Of a DNA stretch of 64,000 nt, positions 33,689 through 43,457 are shown in pieces. The stretch comes from Akkermansiaceae bacterium (GTDB lineage Bacteria; Verrucomicrobiota; Verrucomicrobiia; Verrucomicrobiales; Akkermansiaceae), in assembly GCA_040769225.1 (NCBI GenBank), contig JAXGLL010000001.1:2047263-2111262 (forward strand). Reading direction: 5' to 3'. The notes beneath the pieces were generated by a model. It saw only the letters and a list, made by a program, of their open reading frames with translations. It was not told the DNA's origin and ran no database searches. A program made the position numbers and the translations under genes. Position 1 is the stretch's first letter. Each line of letters begins with the position of its first letter.

Positions 33689-35041
33689 TCACTGGGCGGC
33701 GGGTTGCCGCGCCGTGCCGTCGCCACCCGGCAGGCGGTCGGTGGTCAGCACCAGCACCGCGGTGGAGGTGCAGAAGGTGCGGCCGGTGATGCAGTGCTGG
33801 CCGGACCACGAGCCGTCGGCGTGCTGGGCGTTGTGGAGCAGGTCGTCCATCCGCGCCTGCCACTCGTTCCACGGCTTGCCGCCCTTGGTGTGGAGCGCCT
33901 CGGCGATGTTCATGTAGCTCGCGAACTCCTCGCCGCCGTTGGAACCGAAGCCGGCGACGAACTGCTGCTCGCCGGCCTGGCGGACGACCTGGCCCAGCAG
34001 CACCTCCTTGTCGCGGTCGGCCCGTTCGATGGCGGCGAGTTCCTCGCGCGCCTTGTCCTTCTCCGCCTGGCTGGCATCCGGCGACGCGGCGACCTGCGCG
34101 ATCTCCTCGCGGCGCCGGCCGTTGTTCTTCGCGAATCCGTCCATCCCGCCGAGCTTCGACGCGTAGCGGTAGATTGCCACGCCGGCATCGCTGACGCCGC
34201 CCGACGAGGCGACTTGGCCGGTGGCGGGGTCGAGGCCCGTGGCGTTCTGCCGGTGGTCGCGCTCGAGGGCGAGGGCGGAGACCGGTGCGCCGGCGGCCCA
34301 CGCGGAGTTGAGCGCCCGGCTGGCGAGCCCCTGCGAGACGGTGGCCGCCCACGCGAGGTTGCCGTCGAACGAACCGTCGTCCTGCTGGTGCTTCTCGACC
34401 TTGGCGGCGAGCTTGGCCAGGCAGCGCGCGCGGCGCTCCTCGGACGAGGGGTCGGGCATCAGCCCCTTGAGGTCGGACAGGACCTGCAGCGCGAGGAAGG
34501 TGTCGACGTAGGGGCCGATCTTCGACTGCAGCTGGGTGCCGCGGACGTCGGTGACGTGGAGCGACTCGCCGTCGGCCTTCTCGACCGCGGCGAGGAGGTA
34601 GTCCGCCGCCTTGCGCGCGGTGGCGGAGAAGTCGCCGGTGTCCAGGCGCGTGCCGGCGCGCAGGAACGCCTTGAGCGCGATCGCCGTGTTGCCGACGTCG
34701 GAGGGGTCGGGCACCTGGTCGCCCTCGATCCGGCCGCCGCCCTGGTTCGCGGTGTCGACCCGCCAGCCGCCACCCTGGCCCCAGCCGCCGTCGTCCCGCT
34801 GCCGCGCGGCCAGCCAGTCGAGCGCCTTGCGCACCGGGCCGTCGGGCGGCACGGGAGCGGCAGGGGCGGCGGCGGGCGCGGGCGCCGGCGGTGCGGCCGG
34901 CGCGGTGGCCTGGGGTCCGGCAGGCGGTCCGGTGGGGGGTGCGGTTGGCGGTGCGGGTCCGGCCGGCGGTGCGGGTTCGGTCGCGGCGAGCGCGGCGAGC
35001 GCGGCGGTTGCGGCCCCGGCGAGGAGGGTCTTCGTCTTCAT
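33689..35041 (-). CDS. Secreted prenyltransferase/squalene-cyclase-repeat (alpha-alpha toroid) protein
   Basis: A signal peptide, an Ala/Pro-rich linker, and repeated Q..DG(G/S)W motifs (DDGGWGQ, QQDDGSFDG, QHADGSWSG). Confidence 0.6.
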   Translation of the reverse strand: MKTKTLLAGAATAALAALAATEPAPPAGPAPPTAPPTGPPAGPQATAPAAPPAPAPAAAPAAPVPPDGPVRKALDWLAARQRDDGGWGQGGGWRVDTANQGGGRIEGDQVPDPSDVGNTAIALKAFLRAGTRLDTGDFSATARKAADYLLAAVEKADGESLHVTDVRGTQLQSKIGPYVDTFLALQVLSDLKGLMPDPSSEERRARCLAKLAAKVEKHQQDDGSFDGNLAWAATVSQGLASRALNSAWAAGAPVSALALERDHRQNATGLDPATGQVASSGGVSDAGVAIYRYASKLGGMDGFAKNNGRRREEIAQVAASPDASQAEKDKAREELAAIERADRDKEVLLGQVVRQAGEQQFVAGFGSNGGEEFASYMNIAEALHTKGGKPWNEWQARMDDLLHNAQHADGSWSGQHCITGRTFCTSTAVLVLTTDRLPGGDGTARQPAAQ

Positions 35042-35139
35042 GGCATTGGTTCTCCAGTGGTTGGCGCGGCGGCGCGGTCTGCCGCCGTTCCTCACCAGTA
35101 GAGACCCGCGCGCGGGCGCAGTCTTTGACGGCAATGTAA

Positions 35140-35182
35140 AAACCGCCGGCCCGCCCGCCGGCCGGGGGCCGCCCCGGGCACC
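35140..35182 (-). terminator. Candidate rho-independent terminator after the vapBC-like operon
   Basis: The reverse complement reads as a GC-rich stem (ccgggggccgggcgggcgggccggcgg) followed by TTTTTAC. Confidence 0.35.
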
Positions 35183-35213
35183 CCCTAACAGCCTCGGGGC
35201 GCGGGCGCGGCGG

Positions 35214-35615
35214 TCACGCCTGCTGGTGCACGTCGGCCACCGCCAGGTCGGGAACGCGGCGGAACTCGGTGGCATTGCCGGTGAGCACCGGCAGCCGGTG
35301 TTCCAGCGCGCTGGCGGCGATCCACAGGTCGTGCACGCCGATCATCTGGCGTGAACCGGCGAGCGCCGCCCAGGTCCGGGCGTAGATCTCCAGCGTGAGG
35401 TCGCTAGGCCAGGCGACCGGATAGTCGCTCAGGAACCGCGTCACCGTTCCAGGGTCGTGCCTGGCCAACACTGCCCCGCGCAGGAACTCGGCTTTCGCGA
35501 TCCACGGCAGGACCAGCACCGCGTCGGCGTGACGGTCGATGAATCGGCGCTCGGGACCTTCGGCCCGCCGGCGCCACAGGCCGATCAGGAAACTCGTGTC
35601 GCCGATGTAGTCCAC
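35214..35615 (-). CDS. PIN-domain toxin (VapC family)
   Basis: DTSFLI...KAEFL...VHDLWIAASA...LTGNATEF are the PIN acidic residues. It overlaps the upstream small ORF. Confidence 0.75.
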   Translation of the reverse strand: MDYIGDTSFLIGLWRRRAEGPERRFIDRHADAVLVLPWIAKAEFLRGAVLARHDPGTVTRFLSDYPVAWPSDLTLEIYARTWAALAGSRQMIGVHDLWIAASALEHRLPVLTGNATEFRRVPDLAVADVHQQA

Positions 35616-35842
35616 GGATCGCGGTAGTTCCTCCAGTCGTTGGCCCAGGCGACGGTCTCCTCCATCACCTTGGCCTGTTCCTCGGTCAGCGGCGCCAGGC
35701 TCGCAACCTGCTCGCCCAGCCCCCCCAAGGTACCCCGCTTGGGAACCACCCGCAGGACCACCCGCGAGAAGGAGTCCTTCGGGCCTTGCTTGTGGCCGAC
35801 CAACCGGTCATAGGCCTCATCGGTCAGGGTGATCGTTTTCAT
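35585..35842 (-). CDS. Antitoxin partner of the VapC-like toxin
   Basis: The ~85-aa ORF MKTITLTDEAYDRL... overlaps the toxin start. Confidence 0.6.
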   Translation of the reverse strand: MKTITLTDEAYDRLVGHKQGPKDSFSRVVLRVVPKRGTLGGLGEQVASLAPLTEEQAKVMEETVAWANDWRNYRDPWTTSATRVS

Positions 35843-35952
35843 GCATGCATGATACACGTTTCATGCGATCGTGTCAACGCGCTTGGCTTGGCCAACCGAA
35901 TCGGCTTGGCAACGAGGCCCGGAAGACCACGCTCAGCAGTGATGGTGCCGGC

Positions 35953-36681
35953 ATGAAGCAGCCCGAATCCGAACGATTCACCACCACCAACTCGAGCCTC
36001 GTGCTGGCCTCGATGGACACGGAACCGGGACGCGCCGCGGACGCCATGGAACGGTTGTGCGCCCGCTACTGGTTTCCGGTTTATGCAACGATCCGCCGGC
36101 TCGGCAACGACGTCCACCACGCACAGGATTTGACCCAGGGGTTTTTCGAGTGCGCCTTGGAACGCCGGCTGTTGCAGCGGGCCGCGCCGGACAAGGGGCG
36201 CTTCCGCAGTTTCATCCTCGCCTCGCTCAACCACTACCTCCACAACGGGCACGACCGGGCCAACGCGGCCAAACGGGGCGGCAGGTGCCACTTCGTGCCG
36301 CTCGATGAGGCGTACGCCGAGTCGCTCCTCGCCCGCGAACCGGCGGCGACCGGCGCGCTGGGCGATTCATTCGACCGCCGCTGGGCCGTGACGATCACCC
36401 GCCGCGTGACCGAGACCCTGCGGGCCGAGTTCGTCGCGCGCGGCCGGGAAACGGTGCATGACGCGCTGTTGCCCTATCTGACCGAGGAACCCTCGCCCGG
36501 CGACTACCAGCGCACTGCCGCCGCGCTGGCGATCGAGCCCGGCGCGCTGCGGGTGGCGATCCACCGCTTCCGCCGCCGGTTCGGCGAACTGCTGCGCCGC
36601 GAGGTCGCCCATACCGTGGCCGACCCCGACGAGGTCGAGGGGGAAATCCGTTACCTGCTGTCCGTGTTGGCGGGTGAGTGA
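35953..36681 (+). CDS. ECF-type RNA polymerase sigma factor
   Basis: The sigma-70 region 2-like segment AMERLCARYWFPVYATIRRLGNDVHHAQDLTQGFFEC and a region-4-like C-terminus. It lies directly upstream of a Ser/Thr kinase. Confidence 0.65.
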   Translation: MKQPESERFTTTNSSLVLASMDTEPGRAADAMERLCARYWFPVYATIRRLGNDVHHAQDLTQGFFECALERRLLQRAAPDKGRFRSFILASLNHYLHNGHDRANAAKRGGRCHFVPLDEAYAESLLAREPAATGALGDSFDRRWAVTITRRVTETLRAEFVARGRETVHDALLPYLTEEPSPGDYQRTAAALAIEPGALRVAIHRFRRRFGELLRREVAHTVADPDEVEGEIRYLLSVLAGE

Positions 36682-36747
36682 ACCCGGCCGGCTCCCGCCG
36701 CAAACCGCGGCCCCGGTTGTTGCAGAAACCACTGATCGGGAAACACC

Positions 36748-38106
36748 ATGCCGGAACCCGCCCGCTGCCCACGCTGCGGCACCCCGCTCGCCCCGGACGT
36801 GCCCGGCACGCTGTGCCTGCGCTGCCTGCTCGGGCTCGGGTTGCAGCGCGCGGCGCCGGGCGGCGAGGACGACGCTGCCCCGCCGAGCGCCGCGGACGAC
36901 AGCTTCCCGGGGTATCGGATCGTCGAACTGCTCGGCGAGGGCGGCTGCGGCGTGGTCTATCGGGCGGAGCAGACCGAACCGGTGCGCCGCGAAGTCGCGC
37001 TCAAGGTCATCCGCCTGGGCATGGACAGCCGCGCCGTGATCACCCGCTTCGAGGCCGAGCGGCAGGCGCTCGCCCGGATGGACCACCCGAACATCGCCCG
37101 CATCTTCGACGCCGGCGTCACCGCCCGCGGGCGCCCGTTCTTCGTCATGGAACTGGTGGCCGGCCAGCCGGTCACCGAGTACTGCGACCACCATCAGCTC
37201 TCGATCCCCCGGCGCCTCGAGGTCTTCCTGCAGGTCTGCGCGGCGGTCCGCCATGCCCACCTCAGGGGCATCATCCATCGCGACCTCAAGCCGTCCAACA
37301 TCCTGGTCGCGGAAACCGACGGCCAACCCGTCCCGAAGGTGATCGACTTCGGCGTGGCCATGGCGACCGACCACCAGCGGCTCGCCGACCGGACGATCTA
37401 CACCGCCTTCGACCGCTTCGTCGGCACGCCCGCCTACATGAGCCCCGAGCAGGCCGGCCTGACCGGCGAGGACGTCGACGCGCGCAGCGACGTCTACTCG
37501 CTCGGCGCGCTGTTGGACGAACTCCTGACCGGCCGCCCGCCGTTCGCGCCGGAACGGCTGCGCCAGGCCGCGATCCACGAGGTCTGCCGGATCGTCTGCG
37601 AGGAGGACCCGGCACCACCGTCGGCCCGCCTGGCCACCCTCGGCGAACCGGAGTTGGCCGCCGCCGCACGCCAGCGCCGCCAGTCCGCACACCGGCTCGT
37701 CAGCAGCCTGCGTGGCGACCTCGACGGGATCACGCTCAGGGCGCTCCGGAAGTCCCGCGACCGCCGCTACGAGACCGCCGCCGAGCTCGCCGCCGACATC
37801 CGTCGCCACCTGCACCACCAACCGGTCACCGCCCGGCCGCCGGGCGCGCTCTATCGGCTCCGCAGGTTCGCCCGCCGCAACCGGCTGCCGCTCGCCGCCG
37901 CCACGCTGGTCGCGGCGTCACTGCTGGGCGGGTTGGCGGTTTCGTCGTCGATGTACCTCAAGGAACGCCGGGCACGCGGGCGGCTCGAACGGCGGGCCTA
38001 TGTCTCCGACATGCATGCCGCCGCACGGATGTCCGCCGCGAAGCCGCCGACAGCACCGCCCATCTGGACCTCTCGCGGGCGGTGCGCGTCTCCCTGCCGA
38101 GCCTGA
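36748..38106 (+). CDS. Serine/threonine protein kinase, truncated shortly after its single TM helix
   Basis: A zinc-ribbon-like N-terminus (CPRCGTP...CLRC), GxGxx[20 protein letters not shown] and SPEQ motifs, a TM helix [19 protein letters not shown], then only about 40 more residues. Confidence 0.8.
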   Translation: MPEPARCPRCGTPLAPDVPGTLCLRCLLGLGLQRAAPGGEDDAAPPSAADDSFPGYRIVELLGEGGCGVVYRAEQTEPVRREVALKVIRLGMDSRAVITRFEAERQALARMDHPNIARIFDAGVTARGRPFFVMELVAGQPVTEYCDHHQLSIPRRLEVFLQVCAAVRHAHLRGIIHRDLKPSNILVAETDGQPVPKVIDFGVAMATDHQRLADRTIYTAFDRFVGTPAYMSPEQAGLTGEDVDARSDVYSLGALLDELLTGRPPFAPERLRQAAIHEVCRIVCEEDPAPPSARLATLGEPELAAAARQRRQSAHRLVSSLRGDLDGITLRALRKSRDRRYETAAELAADIRRHLHHQPVTARPPGALYRLRRFARRNRLPLAAATLVAASLLGGLAVSSSMYLKERRARGRLERRAYVSDMHAAARMSAAKPPTAPPIWTSRGRCASPCRA

Positions 38107-38261
38107 AGCTCTCCACCGAGACGATCTCGCTGCGCCTGCCCGCCCCCCTGCTCGACGCGATCCGGATCGAGGCCAACCGGCGCGACGTCCCCTATCAGTC
38201 CTTGACCAGGATGACGCTCGCCGACCGCTTCCCGGCCACGCTCCCGGCCCGTTCCCGGTAA
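38082..38261 (+). CDS. BrnA/CopG-like antitoxin-family small ORF, overlapping the kinase 3' end in another frame
   Basis: [50 protein letters not shown] has strong GC3 bias. The start codon is uncertain (GTG), and no BrnT partner is present. Confidence 0.45.
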   Translation: MRVSLPSLKLSTETISLRLPAPLLDAIRIEANRRDVPYQSLTRMTLADRFPATLPARSR

Positions 38262-38351
38262 GCCTCGGGTGGGCAGGGTCAAACGGCGCACCCCGGCAGG
38301 GCAGGGGCGGCGGATGCGATCGCACCGCCGGGACCTCGCGCGCGTCTCTGC

Positions 38352-38513
38352 GACCCCGGAGGGACCGCGGCGTTTCTCGATCCCGGAGGCATCGCTGCGA
38401 TTCTCGATCCCGGAGGCATCGCGGCGATTCTCGATCCCGGAGGGATCGTGGCGATTCTCGATCCCGGGGGGATCGTGGCGATTCTCGATCCCGGAGGGAT
38501 CGCGGAGATTAGC
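38352..38513. repeat. 27-bp unit repeated 6 times in tandem (GATCCCGGAGGCATCGCGGCGATTCTC), each with a 7-bp hairpin CGATCCC-gga-GGGATCG
   Basis: The copies are contiguous with no spacers, and the first is degenerate. Confidence 0.85.
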
Positions 38514-38672
38514 CGGTGGCGCGAGCCACCGGAACCCGGGCAGCAAATCGATCCCGCCCCGGAGGGGCGGCGGATGCGGGAGGTGGGTCGATGGCGTGGC
38601 GGCGCTTTCCGGTGCCCCTGCCGGGGCCCGGGATCATCTCACGCCGGAACCCGGTGGCTCGCGCCACCGGCT
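38512..38672. repeat. Large inverted repeat (gccggtggcgcgagccaccggaacccgg ... ccggaacccggtggctcgcgccaccggc)
   Basis: The arms are about 28 bp long and flank a spacer of about 100 bp. Confidence 0.7.
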
Positions 38673-38721
38673 GATTTCACCTGCCCCTGCCGGGGCAGCT
38701 CCGGTTCGCTCGGCTCGGTTG

Positions 38722-38815
38722 CTGATTGATGATCGCTGATAGGAGATGTGGGCCAAGGCGCGGACCAAGGGCCACATCAACAATCTCCGTTCTGCAATCA
38801 TCAATCATCAATCGA
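38722..38815. repeat. GATTGATG/CATCAATC palindromic element, copy 2
   Basis: ctgattgatgatcgctgataggagatgtgggcc ... ggccacatcaacaatctccgttctgcaatcatcaatcatcaatcg. Confidence 0.6.
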
Positions 38816-38931
38816 ACCGCTCCATCCGCCGGGGCCAGCCCCCGTCAGGGGGATCAGATAAAGTGAGATAAAGTGACAGACCTTATATCGACCGCCGACC
38901 GCCGACCGCCGACCGCAGCCTGCCGCGGCGC

Positions 38932-39798
38932 TCACTCGCCGACGGCGAAGCGGGCGAAGCGGCGGATGGTGAGCGTGTCGCCCAGCGCCTTGCCGGTGGT
39001 CTCCAACAGCTTGCCGACGGTGGTGTCGGGGTCCTTCACGAAGCCCTGCTCGAGCAGGCAGCTTTCGGCGAAGAACTTGCCGAGCTTGCCGAGGACGATC
39101 TTCTCGACGATCTCGGCCGGCTTGCCGCTGTCGGCCATCTGGGCGCGGAAGATGTCCTTCTCGGCCTCGACCACGTCGGCCGCGATGTCGTCGCGGCACA
39201 CGCCGCGCGGGTTGGCGGCGGCAACGTGCAGCGTGAGGTCGCGCACCAGGGTGCGGAACCCGTCGGCCGTGGCGGTGGCGGTGGCGGCGCAGCCGACCTC
39301 CAGCAGCACCCCGACCTTGCCGCCGAAGTGGATGTAGGAGGCGACGACGCCCGCGCCGTCGAGGGCGAAGCGGACGAAGCGGCGCAGCTGCAGGTTCTCG
39401 CCCAGCTCGATCACCTTGGCCTGGACTGCCAGCTCGATCGTGTCGGCGCCGAACGCCGTGGCGAGCGCCTCGTCGCGGGTGGCGGCGGAGCCGGCCGCCA
39501 GCGTGTCGGCGAGCGCGTCGACGAAGGCCCGGAAGTTCTCGTTCTTGGCGACGAAGTCGGTCTCGCAGTTGACCTCCAGCAGGATGCCGGACTTCTCGGC
39601 GGCGTCGATGCGGGCGGTCACCACGCCCTCCTTGGCGGCGCGGTCGGCCTTCTTGGCGGCCTTGGCGATGCCCTTTTCGCGCAGCAGCTTGACCGCGGCG
39701 TCGAGGTCGCCGGCGGTCTCCTGCAGCGCGCGCTTGCAGTCCATCATGCCGGCGTTGGTCTTGTCGCGGAGTTCCTTGACCAGGGAAGCGGTGATCAT
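38932..39798 (-). CDS. tsf: Elongation factor Ts
   Basis: MITASLVKELRDKTNAGMMDCKRAL is the EF-Ts N-terminal UBA-like signature, in a 288-aa protein. Confidence 0.9.
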   Translation of the reverse strand: MITASLVKELRDKTNAGMMDCKRALQETAGDLDAAVKLLREKGIAKAAKKADRAAKEGVVTARIDAAEKSGILLEVNCETDFVAKNENFRAFVDALADTLAAGSAATRDEALATAFGADTIELAVQAKVIELGENLQLRRFVRFALDGAGVVASYIHFGGKVGVLLEVGCAATATATADGFRTLVRDLTLHVAAANPRGVCRDDIAADVVEAEKDIFRAQMADSGKPAEIVEKIVLGKLGKFFAESCLLEQGFVKDPDTTVGKLLETTGKALGDTLTIRRFARFAVGE

Positions 39799-39847
39799 CG
39801 GGTGGGGCGGTTGGGAAGGTGGTTCGGAAACGGCGGGGGGCGCGGGT

Positions 39848-40531
39848 TCAGCCGCGGCTGCCGACGACGATCGCGTCGACGAGCTGTTGGAGGATGATGC
39901 GGATCGAGCGGATCGAGTCGTCGTTGGCCGGGATCGGGAAGTCGACCAGCGCCGGGTCGGCATTGGTGTCGACGACCGCCACGATCGGGATCGAGAGCCG
40001 GCGGGCCTCGGCCACGGCGATCGACTCGCGGGCCGAGTCGACGACCACCAGCGCGTCCGGCAGGCCGTCCATCTCACGGATCCCGCGCAGGTTGCGCAGC
40101 AGCTTTTCGCGCTCGCGGTTGAGGGCGGCGAGCTCCTTCTTGGACATCGCCTTGAACTCCGGCTGCTTCTCGATGTTGTCGAGCCAGCGGAGGCGCTCGA
40201 TCGATTGCCGGATGGTGGCCATGTTGGTGAGCATGCCGCCCAGCCAGCGGTGGTTGACGTAGAACTGCTTGGTGGCCTCGGCGGCCTCGCGGACGGCGTC
40301 CTGGGCCTGGCGCTTGCAGCCGGTGAAGAGGATCTTCTTGCCGCGGGCGGCGAGGTCGCTCAGGAAGTCGGCGGCCTTGTCGAGGCAGCGCACCGTCTGC
40401 TCGAGGTTGATGATGTAGATGCCCCCCTTGTCCTTCATCAGGTAGGGGCGCATGCGCGGGTTCCACTTCTTGGTCTGGTGACCGTAGTGGACGCCGGCGT
40501 CCACCATTTCGGCAACGAGTTCGTTGATCAT
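39848..40531 (-). CDS. rpsB: 30S ribosomal protein S2
   Basis: VHYGHQTKKWNPRMRPY...ILFTGCKRQ...VVVDSARESIAVAEARRLSIPIVAVVDTN. Confidence 0.9.
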   Translation of the reverse strand: MINELVAEMVDAGVHYGHQTKKWNPRMRPYLMKDKGGIYIINLEQTVRCLDKAADFLSDLAARGKKILFTGCKRQAQDAVREAAEATKQFYVNHRWLGGMLTNMATIRQSIERLRWLDNIEKQPEFKAMSKKELAALNREREKLLRNLRGIREMDGLPDALVVVDSARESIAVAEARRLSIPIVAVVDTNADPALVDFPIPANDDSIRSIRIILQQLVDAIVVGSRG

Positions 40532-40733
40532 GTGACGGGTGTCCCGCCTTGAGCCAGGTCGGGCGCTGGTGGAAGACCCGCCGCTCGGCTGTCCCCCCGA
40601 GTCTTCCGTTGGTTGCGCTGCGGCGCGAGGAGGGGCCGGCGGGATAGGGGATCGGCGGGCGCTTGGCAAGGGAAAAGCGGCGAAAAACGCGGGTGGCAGG
40701 CAGCAGGCAGCGGCCTGCGGGCAGCGGATCGCC

Positions 40734-41405
40734 TCAGCCGGCCGAGCGGATGGCGGCGATTGCGGCGGCCATGTCGGGCGCGCGGAAGGTCGAGGAGCCG
40801 GCGACGAAGACGTTGGCGCCAGCGGCGGCGCAGGCCGGAGCGGTGCTGGGGTCGATGCCGCCATCGACCTCGATGTGGAAGGCGAGCCCGCGGCGGGCGC
40901 GTTCGGCCGCGGCTGCGGCGATCTTCGGCAGCACCTCGGGCATGAACGCCTGGCCGCCGAAGCCGGGCACCACCGTCATGCACAGCAGCAGGTCGATGCG
41001 GTCGAGGAACGGGGCGGCGGCCGCGAGCGGGGTGGCCGGGTTGAGGGCGAGGCCGGCGCGCCGGCCGGCGGCGCGGATGCGGGCCAGGGTTGCGCCGACG
41101 TCGTGCTCGGCCTCGACGTGCACGGTCAGCATGTCGGCCCCGGCCGCCAGGAAGCGGTCGCAGTAGTGGCCCGGCCGCGAGATCATCAGGTGCACGTCGA
41201 GGAAGCGGTCGGTGAGCTGGTCGGCCGCCGCCACCATCGCCGGGCCGAACGAGATGTTGTCGACGAAGTGGCCGTCCATGATGTCGAGGTGCAGCCAGTC
41301 GGCGCCGGCCGCGAATGCCCGCGCCACCTCCTCGCCCACCCGCCCGAAGTCGGCGGCCAGCAGCGAGGGGGCGACGATGCAGTCGGTGTGGGAACGGGCG
41401 GCCAC
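40734..41405 (-). CDS. rpe: Ribulose-phosphate 3-epimerase
   Basis: IVAPSLLAADF...LHLDIMDGHFV...MTVVPGFGGQ. The start is uncertain (non-ATG). Confidence 0.8.
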   Translation of the reverse strand: MAARSHTDCIVAPSLLAADFGRVGEEVARAFAAGADWLHLDIMDGHFVDNISFGPAMVAAADQLTDRFLDVHLMISRPGHYCDRFLAAGADMLTVHVEAEHDVGATLARIRAAGRRAGLALNPATPLAAAAPFLDRIDLLLCMTVVPGFGGQAFMPEVLPKIAAAAAERARRGLAFHIEVDGGIDPSTAPACAAAGANVFVAGSSTFRAPDMAAAIAAIRSAG

Positions 41406-41588
41406 GCCGGGATCATGGCCGCGGCGGGAGGCGCGAGACAAGTGGCGATTCCGGGGCTGGCGCGCGGGGCGCGACGGCGGCGGTGGCTGGCGTGCGGATT
41501 TTCGATTGGGAGTTGCGGCGGCGGCCGCTACGCTGCGCCCGCGTTGAGCGACGACCCGATCATCGACCTGCACAGCGACGAGTTCTTC

Positions 41589-42110
41589 ATGCGCCAGGCG
41601 TTGCGCGAGGCGCAGCGGGCGTATGCGGCCGCCGAGGTGCCGATCGGCGCGGTGGTGGTGCGCGGAGGCCGGGTGATCGCGCGGGCGTGGAACCAGGTCG
41701 AGACGCTCAAGGACGCCACCGCCCACGCCGAGATGCTTGCGCTCACCGCCGCGCAACAGGCGCTCGGCGACTGGCGGCTCGAGGGTTGCACCCTCTACGC
41801 CACCAAGGAGCCATGCCCGATGTGCGCCGGCGCGGTCGTCAACTGCCGCCCCGACCGCGTCGTCTTCGGCACCCCCGACCTCCGCTGCGGCGCGGTCGGC
41901 GGCTGGATCAACCTGCTCGAGGCCAACCCGCCGCTCAACCACCGCTGCGACGTCACCGCCGGCGTGCTCGCCGGGGAATGCCTCGCGCTGCTCCAGCAGT
42001 TCTTCCGCGAGGCGCGCGAGAAGAAACGCAACGGCGAGCCGGACTGCCGCCCCCGCCGCGAGCCGGGAGCCGGCGGCCAGCCCGCCAGCCCGCCGGAATG
42101 CCCGCCGTGA
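41589..42110 (+). CDS. tadA: tRNA adenosine(34) deaminase
   Basis: HAEMLAL...EPCPMCAGA is the CDA zinc motif. Confidence 0.85.
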   Translation: MRQALREAQRAYAAAEVPIGAVVVRGGRVIARAWNQVETLKDATAHAEMLALTAAQQALGDWRLEGCTLYATKEPCPMCAGAVVNCRPDRVVFGTPDLRCGAVGGWINLLEANPPLNHRCDVTAGVLAGECLALLQQFFREAREKKRNGEPDCRPRREPGAGGQPASPPECPP

Positions 42111-42165
42111 GCGCCGCCGCGCCGCGCGCGCGGCGCAGGCCCCGCTGGCGCGCCGCCGCGCGCCG

Positions 42166-43428
42166 CTACGCCGTGAAGCGTTCCGGTTGGCCGGTCGCGG
42201 CGAGCACCGAGCGCCACCCGGCGCCGGTCGGGTCGAGCCGCTTGACGCGGTCGGCGAGCAGCCCGACCGGCACGTGGATGAACCGCTCGTGCATGAACCC
42301 GATGATCATCCCGGTCTTGCCGGCCAGCGCGGCGTGCGCCGCGTTGCGCGCGTAGTGGTCGCACAGCAGCGCGTCCTCGCAGGTCACCGGCACGCTGCGG
42401 ATCTGATAGCTCGGGTCGAAGTAGCGCACCACCACCGGCATCCCCTCCGCCGCGAAGAACTCCTCGATCCGCCGCCGCAGCAGCGGGCCGATGTCGCCGA
42501 GCTTCACGTTGCCCGAGGCGTCGCGCCCCGGCGGGCCGGCACTGGCCAGCAGCTCCTGGCCGGCGCCTTCCGCCACCGCGATCAGCGCGTGCCCGCGCTG
42601 CAGCATCCGCTCCCGCAGGGCGGCCAGGAACGGCCCGAGCGCGAACGGAACCTCCGGGATCAGCGCGAAGTTGACGTCCTGGCTGGCGATCGTCGCCCCC
42701 GCGGTGATGAACCCGGCGTGGCGCCCCATCAGCTTCACCAGGCTGATCCCGTTCGGCACGCTGGTCGCCTCGGTGTGCGCGCACGCCAGCACCTCGCTCG
42801 CCTCCTCGACCGCCGTCAGGTAGCCGAACGTGCGCGACACGAACGGGATGTCGTTGTCGATCGTCTTCGGCACCCCGACCACCGCCAGCGCCAGGCCGCG
42901 GCGGCGCGCCTCCTCGTGGATCTCGGCCGCCCCGCGCTGGGTGCCGTCGCCGCCGATCGCGAACAGGATGTCCACCTTGCGCCGGGCCAGGTCGTCGACC
43001 GCCACCCCCACGTCCACCGGCCCCCGCGAGGTGCCCAGCACCGTGCCGCCGTCGCGGTGGATGTCGTGGACGAACGCCCGCGTGAACACCACCGGCTCGC
43101 GCCCGGCCGCCGGGTCCAGCCCCTGGTAGCCGTCGCGGAACCCGATCACCTCGGCCACCCCGTAGCCGTGGTGCAGCTCCAGATAGAGCGAGCGGATGAC
43201 GTTGTTGATCCCGGGGCACAGCCCGCCGCAGGTCACGATCCCGGCGCGGGTGGCGGGCGGGTCGAAGAACAGCCGCGCGCGGGGCCCCGCCACCTCGAAC
43301 GCGAGCCCGGGCTCGGCGCCGCACTCGATCCGCTCCGGGATCCGCACGTCGTCGCCGACACCCAGCCGGTGCCGTGATGGAAACCGCGCTTCGCCAAGGG
43401 TCTGGACGTTCATGGTTCTAACGGTCAT
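42166..43428 (-). CDS. pfkA: 6-Phosphofructokinase
   Basis: GGLCPGINNV...IGGDGTQRGA...GVPKTIDNDI...LMGRHAGF. Confidence 0.85.
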   Translation of the reverse strand: MTVRTMNVQTLGEARFPSRHRLGVGDDVRIPERIECGAEPGLAFEVAGPRARLFFDPPATRAGIVTCGGLCPGINNVIRSLYLELHHGYGVAEVIGFRDGYQGLDPAAGREPVVFTRAFVHDIHRDGGTVLGTSRGPVDVGVAVDDLARRKVDILFAIGGDGTQRGAAEIHEEARRRGLALAVVGVPKTIDNDIPFVSRTFGYLTAVEEASEVLACAHTEATSVPNGISLVKLMGRHAGFITAGATIASQDVNFALIPEVPFALGPFLAALRERMLQRGHALIAVAEGAGQELLASAGPPGRDASGNVKLGDIGPLLRRRIEEFFAAEGMPVVVRYFDPSYQIRSVPVTCEDALLCDHYARNAAHAALAGKTGMIIGFMHERFIHVPVGLLADRVKRLDPTGAGWRSVLAATGQPERFTA

Positions 43429-43457
43429 CGGCCGGCGCGCGCCGCCGCGGCGGGCGC

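Noticed and set aside
38352-38513. The 27-bp direct repeats read as a CRISPR array
   Set aside because: The repeat units are contiguous with no intervening unique spacers, and no cas genes are nearby. It is a tandem repeat or iteron-like array.
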